Shown here in pieces: positions 24,406 through 37,245 of a DNA stretch of 64,000 nt (positions are counted from its first letter, which is position 1; each line of letters begins with the position of its first letter). The translations under genes and the position numbers were made by a program. The stretch lies in contig NW_021836157.1 of assembly GCF_006345805.1 (NCBI RefSeq), forward strand, positions 4,795 to 68,794, written 5' to 3'. The DNA is from Octopus sinensis. Taxonomy: Eukaryota. Under the pieces are notes generated by a model, which saw only the letters and a list, made by a program, of their open reading frames with translations, had not been told where the DNA came from and ran no database searches.

Positions 24406-25899
24406 CTGGTATTGAACAAAATTCCTGGAAAATGATAACCAACCAATGCACTCATTGGCATAATTTGACCAAGGCAGGAACATCTCATTTTGAAGAAAAC
24501 AGAAGAACAGGTATCAGAAAGAAATGACAGCATACAAAAGACAGAGCAACCCAACCTCAACCAGCACCTACAATTCAAAGAGATTTTTGCAATAGGCTAT
24601 TTAGAGCAAGAATTGGGTTTATTAGCCATCAGAAAGCCCATCACCCCCTACAGCACAAATGAGACTCCACCCACCAATTGAAATGTACTAAATACTCGGA
24701 AACAAGTTCTTGCCAACAACGACAAATAAGCCATATACGGAGTAACATATGCCACGTATAGAATTTATGTGAAGAAAAAATACATTTATATCTACTATAT
24801 AAATGACTGTGTATGTCTGTGAATATGTTGCAGCAAGGCTCTGAAACAGTGTTTCTTTGAGAAAATCAGATTCTTTTTTTTTTTTAATCTGCAACAAGAT
24901 TTTTGGTTATGATTGATCAAAAAATATTTTCTATGTGAAATAACTCAGCTTTTAGATCATCAAATCTATCACTCACTATCTGTCTGTCTAGCTCACTCTG
25001 TCTCACCCCTCTCTATATATTTACCACACTCTTTATCACTCTCTCCCTCCCCCTTCTCTCTCTCTGTATATGTATAACTCTCATGCGTGCTGCTCCCCCC
25101 TCTCTTTCTCTCTCTTCATATGACATGTAATTGCTATCATTTTGTTTAAAACTTCCTCATTGTATTTTATTTTAATTTTGTGATATAATGCAGAAAATGC
25201 TAGCTTCTAAATACTGATTGGGTAAGAATTATCTTATTTCATACCTCTGTAACATTAAAAAAGATTTTTTCTGGAATATGAGAATCACAAAATCACGTAA
25301 AATCTGCAATAGCAACAGAAAAGATCCTTCTTTACCACACTGTCTCTCACTTTTTCTCCATAACTGTATATTGCTCACATTGAGTGTGGGGTGGGGTAGG
25401 GGTCAGTGACTGTAAGAAATTTCATTAGAGAGACAAAGTCAAAAGACACTCACAAAGCACCAGCAGTGAGCTAAGAAAAACCTTTACATCTAGGTACCAA
25501 ATGTAAAAACAAAAATTACATCTAGACACCAAATATAAAACAAAAACATTAGGAGGAATTACAACCATGTTTCGTGGTCTGCTACCACAACAGCTCCTTT
25601 ATAGGATCCAGTTAGCTCAAGACATCATCAGGAGGAACCACGTCCAGTTTCAGCCCCTACTCCTCTACCGTTTTGACGTGGCAGGCCCCCCCTCTTTCGG
25701 AGCTGTCTTCAGCTCTGGTATTGGGTGCATGTCTTCTTTCTTCTTCTTTCTTCTGTTCCCTGGCCTCTTCGATGTAGCATCAACAAGTGTCAGCAGTCGA
25801 CTGACTGACTTGTCAAATTTTTCCCTTCAAATACCTGCTGTTAGGCTCCAGCAGGCAGCCCCAGCAAGTTGTCACATGACACTGTCTCAACTTTAACTG

Positions 25900-27160
25900 A
25901 CCGATGAAGGGCCGTAGTCTTAGCTCACGCATTCTCTAAACGACCATCACCTGTCAGTCAGTGAAGCTAATTCAGTGTCAGCTTGTCTCACCTAGTGATG
26001 TTATTTCCTGCCGGTATGTTATGACTTTCAAGCCATTTTTGGTCTTCCCACTTCAGCCATATATAGAAGCTGGCTTTTTCGACCGCCTCCTGTACTCTCC
26101 TTATTAGTTTTCACAGCTCGGAGCTAGAAAAAGCGAATCTTTTTTTGAATAGCATTGTCATTTTTCTTTCAATGAAGCCTCTAGACCCCACTGCCAGGCG
26201 GTAATACACGACATTCCATCCCTGTTCTCTGCACTCTTCAATTAGTTTTTCGTACCTCTTCTCCTTTCATTCCTCTGCATTGCCGATGTTCTCTTCCCAT
26301 GGCACTGTCAGTTCTAGCAAAATTCCTATTCTCCGTTCACTGTTCCATAGGACTAAATCTGATCTTTTTGTCGTTTTTATTAATGGAAATATTACTTGTC
26401 TTTCCAAATCCGTGGCTGCCTCCCAGTATCCCTTCCATCTTTCATCTATCTCATATATTTTATTTGTAGGCCTAGTTTTATATCCTTTTCCCAGCACTTT
26501 TCTACTTTTGGGTACTCTCCCCTATTGTACCTCTCGATCTTCTCCTTGAGTGCTGTGCTTATGATGCCGAGGACTTGATTATGACGCCATGTATATCTTT
26601 CTAGTGCTAGTCTGCAATTTGACAGAACAAGTCTAACTGTCGCTTTCTCTCCGTATCTACACTCATCGGTTGTTTTTATGTTCCACCAGACTAAGTTCGC
26701 TGGTGAGGGTAGGATGTCAAAGGTAGACCTGATCAGGAAGGATGTTCTTGCTTGTTCCCAAGCCCAAAGTTCCTTCCATGATATTCTGTGGCTGATCACA
26801 TATTCCTCTTATCTCAGGCACTGTCCCTGTTGACTACATTGCACCAAATGTACATTTCACCTTTCTTCTTCCTCCTTTTTCACTTCGTGTACCACTGCCT
26901 CCTTCATCTCGTTTATACTGCTCTTGCAAAATGGCCTGAAATTGTGTGACCCTAGGCCGGCTCTTGCTTCTTGTGTCGCTCCGACTATATCTGCGTGCCT
27001 TAGTTTTCCGATCGCCCTGTTTACTGCCTCTTCCGCCTTCCATTTCCTCCCTGTTCGTACCTTTGGAGGGTTTTCCCGGATGCTCTGATCTTTTGAATAC
27101 CTTAGCATCATTACTGTCCTTACCTTTCCTGCCTTATATTCTTCGGCTTATCCATCAGAG
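25900..27160 (-). mobile_element. 3' fragment of HERO-like (R2 group, restriction-like endonuclease) non-LTR retrotransposon
   Basis: KVRTGRKWKAEEAV, LPSPANLVWW, RYTWRHNQVL, RSDLVLWNS..LLELTVPWEE, RYEKLIEEC..GSRGF. Family label from memory of HERO motifs. Confidence 0.75.
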
Positions 27161-27306
27161 AGGATATGGTCTGAAATGAAATTTTTAAAAATTCAAATAA
27201 AGGCATTCTATTGTCAAAATTGCCCTGCAATGACATGATACTCAGGTAGTGTGTGTGTGTGTGTGTGTGTGAGAGCATGTGTGTATGTGTGCGTGTGTGT
27301 GTGTGT

Positions 27307-27351
<45 letters not shown>

Positions 27352-27879
27352 TGTCTGTGTGTGTGTTAGTATAAATAAATGAAGAGGACAAATAAAGAGA
27401 TGAAAAGTGAACATAGAAAGATAAGACAAAAAGATTAGAAATAAAGGCATTTTAGCTAACAGTGAATAAATATGCTGTGTAAAAAAAAATATACATCTAT
27501 ACGAAAATTGCATGCCACATAAAAAATTTAAGAAGTAAATTTTTAAAATACATATATAAGAGTATACATGTTTTCAAAGGAAAATATGTATACAGATACA
27601 CATACATATATATACACTGGTATATACACTGACGTTTGCATACTCATGTATGCATACATGCACACACTTATTAACAAGAACATGTTCACAGTCATGCACA
27701 TATATATATGTATATACACACATATACATAGTCAAATCGAACATTAGAAATTGAACATTAACAATCGGACATTAAAAATAACAAATAATAAAACAATAAG
27801 AGGATGAACATATGGAATGTATTAGCTTGGCACTCGGTAAAGGTGGGAAAAAAGAATGGATTTTTTAACGTTTCAAGCA

Positions 27880-28545
27880 TAGAGATCTTTTCTGTTTGGC
27901 TGTTACTTTTCAATTTCTTCAATTTTTGTTCGAATTGATTTCTGTTCGAATTGATGGGTTGATGTAGTTTTGTATGGTAATCATTGACAGGAAATTCATT
28001 TTTACCATAAATCAATAGATAAAGAGTTAATAACTTTTAAGTTTTGCAAATTTTGGGCTATTTTAGTCAATCATAAGCCACAGATACATTCATACTTGTT
28101 TCCATAGTAACAAGCAAAGTTGTTACAGAGCTGCTTATCCACATGGTCATTTTTCAGTTAATAAATACTTAAAACCAGGTGGTTGTGAGTTGTGTTAAAA
28201 TAATAACTATATAGATCTTAAATCACACACCAAATTTTTTTTTTTTGCATTATCATATGAATTCCTGTGTGTAGAATACAAATTCGCCAAACTTTTCTGA
28301 AAATTCCAGAAAGTAAAAGAGTTATGAGGATTTATATAAGTGTAAAGCAGGATTCCATCAATGTTTTGTTTGTCTACAGTTGACAACATGTGCAAAATGA
28401 CAGCTTCCAACTCCTGTTTTCTGATTGAGTAAAAATTATCAAACTTTAAATTGCTGTAACTTTTTAAAAAATTTTCTGGAAAAAGTGAAATATCTCCTGA
28501 GATTCAGCATTAAAAATTACATCAATACACCAAATCACAACAGCC
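27880..28545 (-). mobile_element. Inverted, truncated copy of the MITE family at 15147-15863
   Basis: Reverse-complement similarity along ~650 bp, including GATCTTTTCTG.TTGGCTG end. Confidence 0.6.
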
Positions 28546-28786
28546 TTAAACATATATTCACAACACCACAACAACAGCCTTTTACCTCCATACACACACA
28601 GATATAGATATATATATTGTTTCATCTCATCACCACTACTTATGTTTTACTTTTTTGTTACTGTTGCTATTGTCATTGTTGCTGAAGTTTTTGTTTTTGT
28701 TTCGTATTATTTTGTCTTTTTTTAAATACCTAGGGAATTTTTTTCACCAGCTTCATTGATAAATTTTTTGTTTTAAAATACTTTTC

Positions 28787-30397
28787 AGAATGTTTCATGA
28801 TGTAGTTGAAGAGAAATGTGTCCGCATGGATGATGGTTCACTTGCACTAAATGAGGATGCAAAGAGAGAGGTTTGGAGATGCCACTATGAAAGGTTGCTC
28901 AACAAAGAAATGAATGGGATAAAGAGAGTCTGCCAATTGTCAACCCAACAGAGAGACCAGCTATCCGAGTTGACAGTTCTTTGGTAACTAAGGCAATTAG
29001 AAGCATGAAGACAGGGAAAGCCCCAGGCCCATCAGGAATCACTGCAGAGATGCTCAAGATATCTGGCAGTGTCGGATATAGCCTAGTCACCCGTATAGTA
29101 AACCAGGTGATACATGAAGGAGTCATACCCAATGACTGGTGTAGTAGCATAATAGTCAACTGCTACAAAGGTAAAGGTGACGCCCTAGATACAAGTAATT
29201 ACAGAGGTATCAAGCTGTTGGATCAGGTAATGAAGGTTATGGAAAGGGTCATAGCCCAACTGATTAGGGAGACAGTCAACTTGGACGAGATGCAGTTTGG
29301 TTTCGTGCCGGGAAAAGCACCACCGATGCCATATTTCTGGTGAGACAGCTGCAGGAGAAATACCTAACCAAAGATCAAGTCAGTAGTGGGGGTGGGTATG
29401 CTGAAAGTGTAACTGCTAGAGTAAGAATAGCCTGGGCAAAGTTCAGAGAGCTCTTAATGACAAAAGGCCTCTCACTCAGAGTAAAAGGCAGACTGTATGA
29501 CGCATGTGTACGAACAGCCATGCTACATGACAGTGAAACATGGACTGTGACTGCTGAGGATATGCGTAAGCTCGCAAGAAATGAAGCCAGTATGCTCCGA
29601 TGGATGTGTAATGTCAGTGTTCATACTCAACAGAGTGTAAGTACCTTGAGAGAAAAGTTGGACCTAAGAAGCATCAGTTGTGGTGTGCAAGAGAGACGTT
29701 TGCGCTGGTATGGACATGTGGTAAGAATGGCTGAAGATAGTTGTGTGAAAAAGTGCCACACCCTAGCTGTTGAGGGAACCTGTGGAAGAGGTAGACCTAG
29801 GAAAACCTGGGATGGGGTGGTGAAGCACGACCTTCACTCTTTAGGTCTCACCGAGGAAATGACCAGAGACCGAGACCTTTGGAAGTATGCTGTGCGTGAG
29901 AAGACCCGGCAGGACAAGTGAGGCCAAAATCTGTGGCCTCTACCTGGGACGTAGTCAGTCCACCTGTGCATACTTTCCTTCTTTGGACACAAAACTCTAC
30001 TTGTGAAGACCTGTTGAGGCAAGTGAAAATCAAAATCGAAATCGATCAACATCAATGGAATTTGTAGTTGTGATACCAGTGTCGGTGGCATGTAAGAGAA
30101 CCATCTGAACGTGGCTGTAGCCAGCACCGCATCGACTGGCCTCCATGCCGGTGGCACGTAAAAATCACCATCCAAGTGTGGCCGTTGCCAGCCTCATCTG
30201 GCACCTGTGTCGGTGGCACGTAAAAAGCACCCACTACACTCACGGAGTGGTTGGCATTAAGAAGGGCATCCAGCTGTAGAAACACTGCCAAATCTGACTG
30301 GGCCTGGGTGCAGTCTTCGGGCTTCCCACACCCCAGTTGAACTGTCCAACCCATGCTAGCATGGAAAGCAGACGTTAAACGATGATGATGATGATGA
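28787..30397 (+). mobile_element. RTE-type LINE, 5'-truncated, ~700-bp internal deletion removing YADD and PHD-like finger; (GAT)n tail
   Basis: KAPGPSGITAEML, NYRGIKLL, RLRWYGHV, GRPRKTW; junction CCAAAGAT|CAAGTCAG vs the intact copy at 57897. Confidence 0.88.
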
Positions 30398-30576
30398 TAT
30401 AGGCACCCAACATTGCCTAGGAATGAAATTGTTCCTGATATATTGGAAGAAAAAAGCAAAATATGTTGTATAGAAATTTGTTATTCTAAATTCAATTTAC
30501 TCTTCAATTGGGATACAATTTATTCTTTAATTGGGAAATCAATTCTGAATTCATTATACAAAATAGTAGTAGTAGT

Positions 30577-30654
<78 letters not shown>

Positions 30655-31290
30655 CATCATGGCTCGGCTTCTTGAACGAAGATCAGGAAGGCTGTCCACA
30701 TCACATGCATGCACACTTATGACTGACAAGTCCGATAATGGAAAGGCAGGTCCATGAGCAGTGTCCACAGATGAAGGTAACATTCGGTGTGGTGTCAGAG
30801 GCGGCTCACGCCTTCCTCCTGCATCTCTTGTCTTTAAGTGCGCCTCTTCTTTGTTCCTCAAACTTGTTGACTGCGTTGAAGATCGTGTGGCGCCAGACAT
30901 CACGGTGCGCAGCCAGGTCTGACCAGCATTGGTGGTTAATTTGACATGCTGTTAGAGACTTCTTGAGGCATTCTTTGTAGCACTTCCTCAGAGCTCCTCT
31001 CACTAGGTGGCTGGTGGAGAATTCGCCAAACAGGGTAATCTTTGGAAGGCGATGGTTCTCCATTCTGGAGATATGCCCTGCCCATCAGAGGTGATACTTC
31101 AGTAGCATGGCTTCAATGCTGGGGATCTCGGCCCGCTCCAAGACTTCAATGTTTGTGGTGAAGTCACTCCAGTGAATGTTAAGAATGGTGCAGAGATATC
31201 GTTGGTGGAAGTGCTCGAGGAGATGGATGTGACTGCGGTAAGTGATCCAGGACTCTGAGCCGTAGAGAAGAGTGGTGAGATCAAGCATGC
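30655..31290 (-). mobile_element. BovB-like RTE 3' fragment with (CTA)n tail at 30564-30654
   Basis: LLYGSESWITYR..LEHFHQRYL, RLPKITLFGE, YKECLKKSL, HRDVWR. Confidence 0.8.
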
Positions 31291-32044
31291 AACTGAAGAT
31301 ATGGAGGATGAGGATGGGGTGTATGTTAGGCAGTCTCTTCAATCTACGGCGCCTCCAAGCCCACACCAAGACCCAGTAGTAATAACAACAACAACAACAG
31401 CAACAATAATAATAATAAGACTGTGGCTAGACATGTTCTTCACTGCACCGATCAGACAGTAGCCAAAGACACAAGAACACTAATACAACCCAGCAGAACA
31501 ACTGAAAAATAACTTTCAAAAACTGGAACATTTACAAACTCCAGTGAGTATTTTTTTTAATTTCCCCCAAAATAAGGTTAAAAACTTACATGTCTACAAT
31601 TTTCTCTGGATGAACACACAAACGATCATCTTTAAAACTTTAAAAACTTTAATATTTACAACTTCTGTGAATACCTATCCTTTCCTTTCTCCCTGAATAT
31701 ACAAAAATGTAAACATACTTTTATTGTAAGAACACTACAGTTTTCTCTAGCTGGACATACAAATGAACATCTTTAGAAAATTAAAACTTTAATATCTACA
31801 ATTTTCTATAAAATTTTTTACCTTTCTTTTCTCCTTGACTACTCGAATATGTAAGCATGCTTTTTATTGCAACAAATTAAACACAATAAAAATTAAGGAG
31901 ATAAGCATCTGCCAACATATACAAACTGCACAATTATGAAAACTGTAAACCACAGCAAAATTTATAAAAAGAAATGGAAAATTCAAAAAATCCTCCCCTC
32001 CCAAAATTCAAAAGTTTAGCAATGTAAACGTCAGTATATTCTTT

Positions 32045-32260
32045 TATGTGTTTCAGTTACTTGACTGTGGCCATGCTGGAGCACTGCCTTTAGTCAAACA
32101 AATTGACCCCAGGACTTTTTCTTTGTAAGCCTAGTACTTATTCTATTGGTCTCTTTTGCCAAACCACTAAGTTTCGGGGGACATAAACACACCAACATCG
32201 GTTGTCAAGCAATGTTGTGGAGGGACAAGCACAGACTCACAAACACACATATATATATAT
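32045..32260 (-). mobile_element. SINE fragment
   Basis: Homologous to 34555-34780 (GACTG.GGCCATGCTGGAGCAC.GCCTTTAGTC). Confidence 0.75.
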
Positions 32261-32663
32261 TATTATTTTTCTATTAGTAATTAAAAACAGAACAAGGTGA
32301 ATTGGTTCTTTCCAAGGCCAAGGTCAGCATTCTCATTGATCAGTAGTAGTAGTAAACACATTTGACTTCTGCTGACTGCAAGGGTGAGACACTTCTTTTG
32401 TCCCCTGATCTCACAGGAATGTAAAGCCCCATTGTTGATCTCCTCACCATCTACCAACCCCATTTACAGACCTGTGGAATTTGCTCTATTCACCAAGCTG
32501 CTTCACTTTCTCCTACTATCTACTCCAACCCTCACATATTTATGATTATCTCAAGTACAAGACAAAATTCAAAACTAAACAACATTTAATAATACCACAC
32601 AGTAGCTGGAGCAAAGATAGCATCTCAAGATAGTTACAATACCAGTGATTGTAGGAGCACTTG

Positions 32664-32896
32664 GGATCTTTTCCTTTTGAGGGACGGAATTTTCTAGTTA
32701 ACTAAACAATTTGAAACTTCGTATACTGGTAGAATGTGTCAAACGAAAACATTATTGTAAACAAAATTGTAATTTCTAAGTTTAACGTAGTTTAATGATT
32801 CAAATTTTAACCAATGAAATCCGAGCATTTGAGCTGAAACACACACACATATTCAGATACATACACACATACACTTGCACACACGTACACTCTCTG

Positions 32897-32953
<57 letters not shown>

Positions 32954-33733
32954 CACATGCATATACATTTGCACAAGCACATAGTAATTAATATATAAGC
33001 GTACACACACATACAAACGGACATATACATACACACACATACGCACACAAGCATACATACACGTTCGTGAGTTGCCCCTTGCCGCAACAAATTTACACAA
33101 AAGATAAATAAACCAGAAGTGGGGGGGGGTCAATGTTTCATCGTTTCGGGGTCTATAAATTAAGTACCAATTACGCACTGGTGTCGAGGATTTTTTTCCC
33201 AATTTATATCACAGCTTCCGACAAGCTGGGGCATCCTTTTCTGAAAAAATATTTCGCAAATTTTTACAATACGACTCACACTCCACGTGCAAACTCTAGA
33301 CCGCTTTAGGCATATTATTGTTTTGTTTTTGTTGTTTCTGGCCCTTCAAAACCATGGGAGAAGCCTTTTCGGTAAAAAAAAATAAAGAAAATATTAAAAA
33401 AATATCGTTAATATTTTTATTGGGCGACAAAATTCATCGATTTAAGAGATATAGCTGTTATTTCTAGCACATGCAGAAGACAGAAAACAGAAGAGACAAG
33501 GATGAATAAGACGTGTGTGTGTGAGTTTTTAGACGCAGCAAATGGTTTGAGTTCGAATGCTAGGATTTCATTGGCTAAAATTCGAATCATTAAACTACGT
33601 TAAACTTAGAAATTACAATTTTGTTTTCAATTTTGTTTACAATAATGTTTTCTTTTGACACATTCTACCAGTATACGAAGTTTCAAATTGTTTAGTTAAC
33701 TAGAAAATCCCGTCCATCAAAAGGAAAAGATCC
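32664..33733. mobile_element. 1.07-kb MITE with ~170-bp TIRs and perfect 8-bp TSD (Merlin-like)
   Basis: GGATCTTTTCCTTTTGA.GGACGG... at both ends; TSD AGCACTTG at 32656-32663 and 33734-33741. Confidence 0.8.
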
Positions 33734-34191
33734 AGCACTTGAAATGATCAGTAAATTATTTGAGAATGACCCTGGATTACTATTCATGCAGGAAGTGCAA
33801 AAGATTGTATTAACTGGTACATCACAGTATTGAGAAGAGTATTGCTGCTGTGAATTTTCTTTCTCTTTTTGCCATTTATTCTCTCTGTTTACTTTTATAT
33901 TTTATATTTTTTTCTTCTTCTCTTTGTCTTTCTTCCCCTTTTTTCTATTGCATGACTTTGTAAATGAACAATCTGGTGTGATAATTTTAATGGCCTACAA
34001 ATGTATATAGTGTGTGTCTCTGCCTTAGGTGTCAGGAAGGCACTTGGCAAGAAAAGGAAACATAATTGAAAGATGATAATGAAAATGATAATAATAGTGA
34101 TAGTAATTTGTGAAACCCATAACAAAACCTAGCAAAATAACAGCGGACGGACAATCATCTCCTAATATAATAATGAGCGTAGTGTTTTTAT

Positions 34192-34459
34192 ATAAAGTGA
34201 TGGTTTGTTGTCATCTTAATGTGGCAGTCCCAAGAAAGGGAAGAATGCTACTGCTGTTTAGCCCCAGGAAACACTGTTTCCAGTTGGCTATGTGACACAA
34301 GCGTTATGTGTCCTTATGTTTTCTAGCAGGGGAGATAAGGACACATAATGCTTGTGTCACATAGCCAACTGGAAACGATGTTTCCTGGGGTTTAATATCA
34401 GTAGCATTCTTCCTTTTCCTGGGACTGTACATTAAGTTGGCAACGAACCATCACTTTAT
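34192..34459. repeat. 268-bp foldback (arms ~126 bp, 17-nt loop)
   Basis: 34192-34317 vs reverse complement of 34335-34459; inner ~40 bp with one mismatch. Confidence 0.9.
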
Positions 34460-34554
34460 TGTGCTGCTACTGTATAGGTCTCTCTGAAAGATTTAGAAAT
34501 GCAATATTTCTAATTTTGTTTTTATATATTTGTATATATTACTCTTTTTTACTC

Positions 34555-34900
34555 TTTTACTTGTTTCAGTCATTTGACTGCGGCCATGCTGGAGCACCGC
34601 CTTTAGTCAAGCAAATCGACCCCGGGACTTATTCTTTGTAAGCTCAGTACTTATTCCATCGGTCTCTTTTGCCAAACCGCTAAGTGACGGGGACGTAAAC
34701 ACACCAGCATCAGTTGTCAAGCAATGCTAGCGGGACAAACACAGACACACAAACACACACATACATATATATATATACATATATACGACAGGCTTCCTTC
34801 AGTTTTCGTCAACCAAATCCACTCACAAGGCATTGGTCGGCCCGGGGCTATAACAGAAGACACTTGCCCAAGATGCCACGCAGTGGGACTGAACCTGGAA

Positions 34901-34902
<2 letters not shown>
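34555..34902 (-). mobile_element. Near-complete tRNA-headed SINE with internal (CA)/(TA) tract
   Basis: Minus strand GGTTCAGTCCCACTGCGTGGCATCTTGGGCAAGTGTCTTC head; related head at 56770-56915. Confidence 0.8.
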
Positions 34903-34938
<36 letters not shown>

Positions 34939-35274
34939 CCAAAATCACGTAGTAAGGGTCAAGGGAGAGGAGAGAAAATAGTAATTCAATGAAGAAATCG
35001 TGAGCATAATAGCCATAACTGAGAGCGAGTAAGAGAAAGTAATAGCAATGAGAGAGAGGAAGTGGCAAAGAGAGCATTGTGTATCTTTTCCTATAATAAT
35101 CTACTATAATAATACTCTTGTATATTTCTCTGTCACAACATATGACTGAGAAAGGAAAGGGTCATCCACCGATGGAACAGGGATGGGGGAAAAGTCAACA
35201 GTGAAACAAAAATCAAACAGCGCTTCAACTCTGTGTGAGCAGATGTGTATGCATGTAAAAGGGAGGAATGTGGA

Positions 35275-35312
<38 letters not shown>

Positions 35313-35626
35313 TGTGAAATATATTTATATATTTGAGTGAGTGTATATATGTTTGTGTATGCTTCTTCAGAAAGATACATAGAAAATAGAATTACAGACA
35401 CGCGCATTTACACATACACACACACATATATATATATATATAACAGCTATAAGAAAATGGAGGGGATCAAGAGGTGGTATTCATCAACTTTTAGACTTTA
35501 TTTTCTTTTTAAACCATTATAACAATATTCATACATGTATAGCATAATATGCTTTACATATAGAATATATAAAAATACCAGTAATTATTAAAATGTATAA
35601 TGTAGATCACAAAAGATAGAATAATA

Positions 35627-35748
35627 TCTTACAGCTGTTTCAGCCAAGAGGCCAAAGTACCCCAATCTATTTATATCCTGTCAGTGAACTGAAGTATTGG
35701 GTAGATAAGATTTAGGTACTTGGGTGTGTCTCTGGGGTTCATCAGAGA
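35627..35748 (-). ncRNA. Hammerhead ribozyme motif, intact core, 97-nt extended stem II
   Basis: Minus: TCT-CTGATGA-[97 nt hairpin]-GAAAC-AGCT-GTA-AGA. Confidence 0.65.
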
Positions 35749-37233
35749 ATTTAGAAAGTTCATAAGGTTAAGTTATAAATACAAATACATACACATATAC
35801 ACACTTGTACATACAAATACATACGCATGAACATACATAAACACTTGTACATATATTTCTATATTTATATATTCATATGTATATGTATATGCATACCAAG
35901 GAATCAATTATTATTATTATTCGGTGTATTATATTATTCTTATTAGATAAAGTATATACAGAGGAAGGAGAAAGTTATCAAAAGAGAAATAATAGTGGAA
36001 TATAAAAAAAATATATACTAAGATTATTGTAGTTATGTAGGAATGAAAAGGTATATAAATGAGGAATACATAAATATATATACATATACATACATAAATG
36101 TATATGCATACATACATACATACATAAATATTTACTTACAAACATACCCATAGGTACATACATATTACATGTGTTGAGAAGGGAAGATTTTTTCAATAGT
36201 TCGTATTTTTCTTTTTATATATTATACACAAACATATATATATATTCATATAAGCATTCAATATGTTTTCTATTGAGGGTTTTAGACAAAGGTCCACTGA
36301 AAGGTTGGCAAGTCTTATAAGTGATGGTAGCTACAGCAAAGTAAAGAAAGACCCTACTTTGAAAACAGAGAGGAAGTTGTCACAGATCTTGATCAAGAAC
36401 AAGGATCACTTTACACCAATGAAATACAGACAGCTGACTCAACATCACAGTAAACTACCACACATGTACAGTCTTCCTAAGATTCACAAGGATGGTATTC
36501 CATTAAGACCTATAGTGAGCTGTAGAGGTTCAGAATGTCATCCACTGAGCAGCTTCCTTGTGGATATAATCAGCCCATTAGCAGGAAAGTCAACATCATA
36601 CGTGAAGAATTCCACCCACTTCACAGAATTGATCAAGGATACTCCTATTGAATCCAACCAGATGGTGAGTCTAGATGTGATAAGCCTGTTCACCAAAGTC
36701 CCAGCTGGTGAAGCATTACCGGTGATACAAGAAAAACTAGTGATAGACACCTATCTAAAAGAACGCACTAGTATATCAATAAGAAACTTGGTGGAAATGT
36801 TGACCTTCTGTCTAGAAACTACCTACTTTAGTATGGACACTGATATATATCAACAAGAGGAGGGTTTAGCTATGGGTTCGCCATTATCACCGGTAATAGC
36901 CAATATATGCATGGAATACTTTGAGAATTTCGCTTTAGGATCAACACCACTAAAACCAATACTATGGCTACTGTGGTGTCGGTGGAGAGGACGACAGATA
37001 GGGGAGGGCGGAAGTAGGGCTTGCAGGGCGCATGCGCGGCAGGAAGTGGAAGCGGTGAGCGACGACGCACGTGTGGCATCAATGAAGCTGAGACAAGGAA
37101 GCGACGAGACGCATTGACTTTGTTGAGAGAGATCTGATCTTCGCTGAGTTTGGTAGACTAATCTTCGCCGAGGTAAGACCTAATTATATTTCCTTTCTCC
37201 TTTTCTGTTGTCCTCTTCATCATTCACACTACA

Positions 37234-37245
37234 AGCTATTTCGGC
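37234..37245 (+). promoter_or_regulatory. Atypical primer-binding site complementary to tRNA-Phe nt 1-12 (copy A: 20648-20659)
   Basis: AGCTATTTCGGC = reverse complement of GCCGAAATAGCT, directly after the LTR terminal CA; copy A has AGCTATTTTGGC. Confidence 0.65.

Larger units (their letters stand above)
17290..24680 (+). mobile_element. Degenerate RTE-clade LINE in three pieces (17290-18103, 20120-20434, 24411-24680) split by two LTR insertions
   Basis: APE NCNE...ITNTQFQ..HKTTW; RT DVKQSCVLTPTLFS, QYADD; TKIMVYNAIVVSTLLYG | TLYRHDLKKLEYFHQ...VGHMA...LFGEL | WKMITNQCTHW...FCNRLFRARIGFISHQKAH. The frame is continuous across both insertions. Confidence 0.8.

Noticed and set aside
30413-30903. 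Poly-Ala/Val and poly-Thr ORFs
   Set aside because: Arise from the (GCA)n/(GTA)n tail of the adjacent RTE fragment.
31560-31870. Degenerate about 141-bp AT-rich duplication; also a 69-bp duplication at 43013-43130 and a 37-bp one at 2711-2775
   Set aside because: Ordinary local or subterminal duplications with no further structure.
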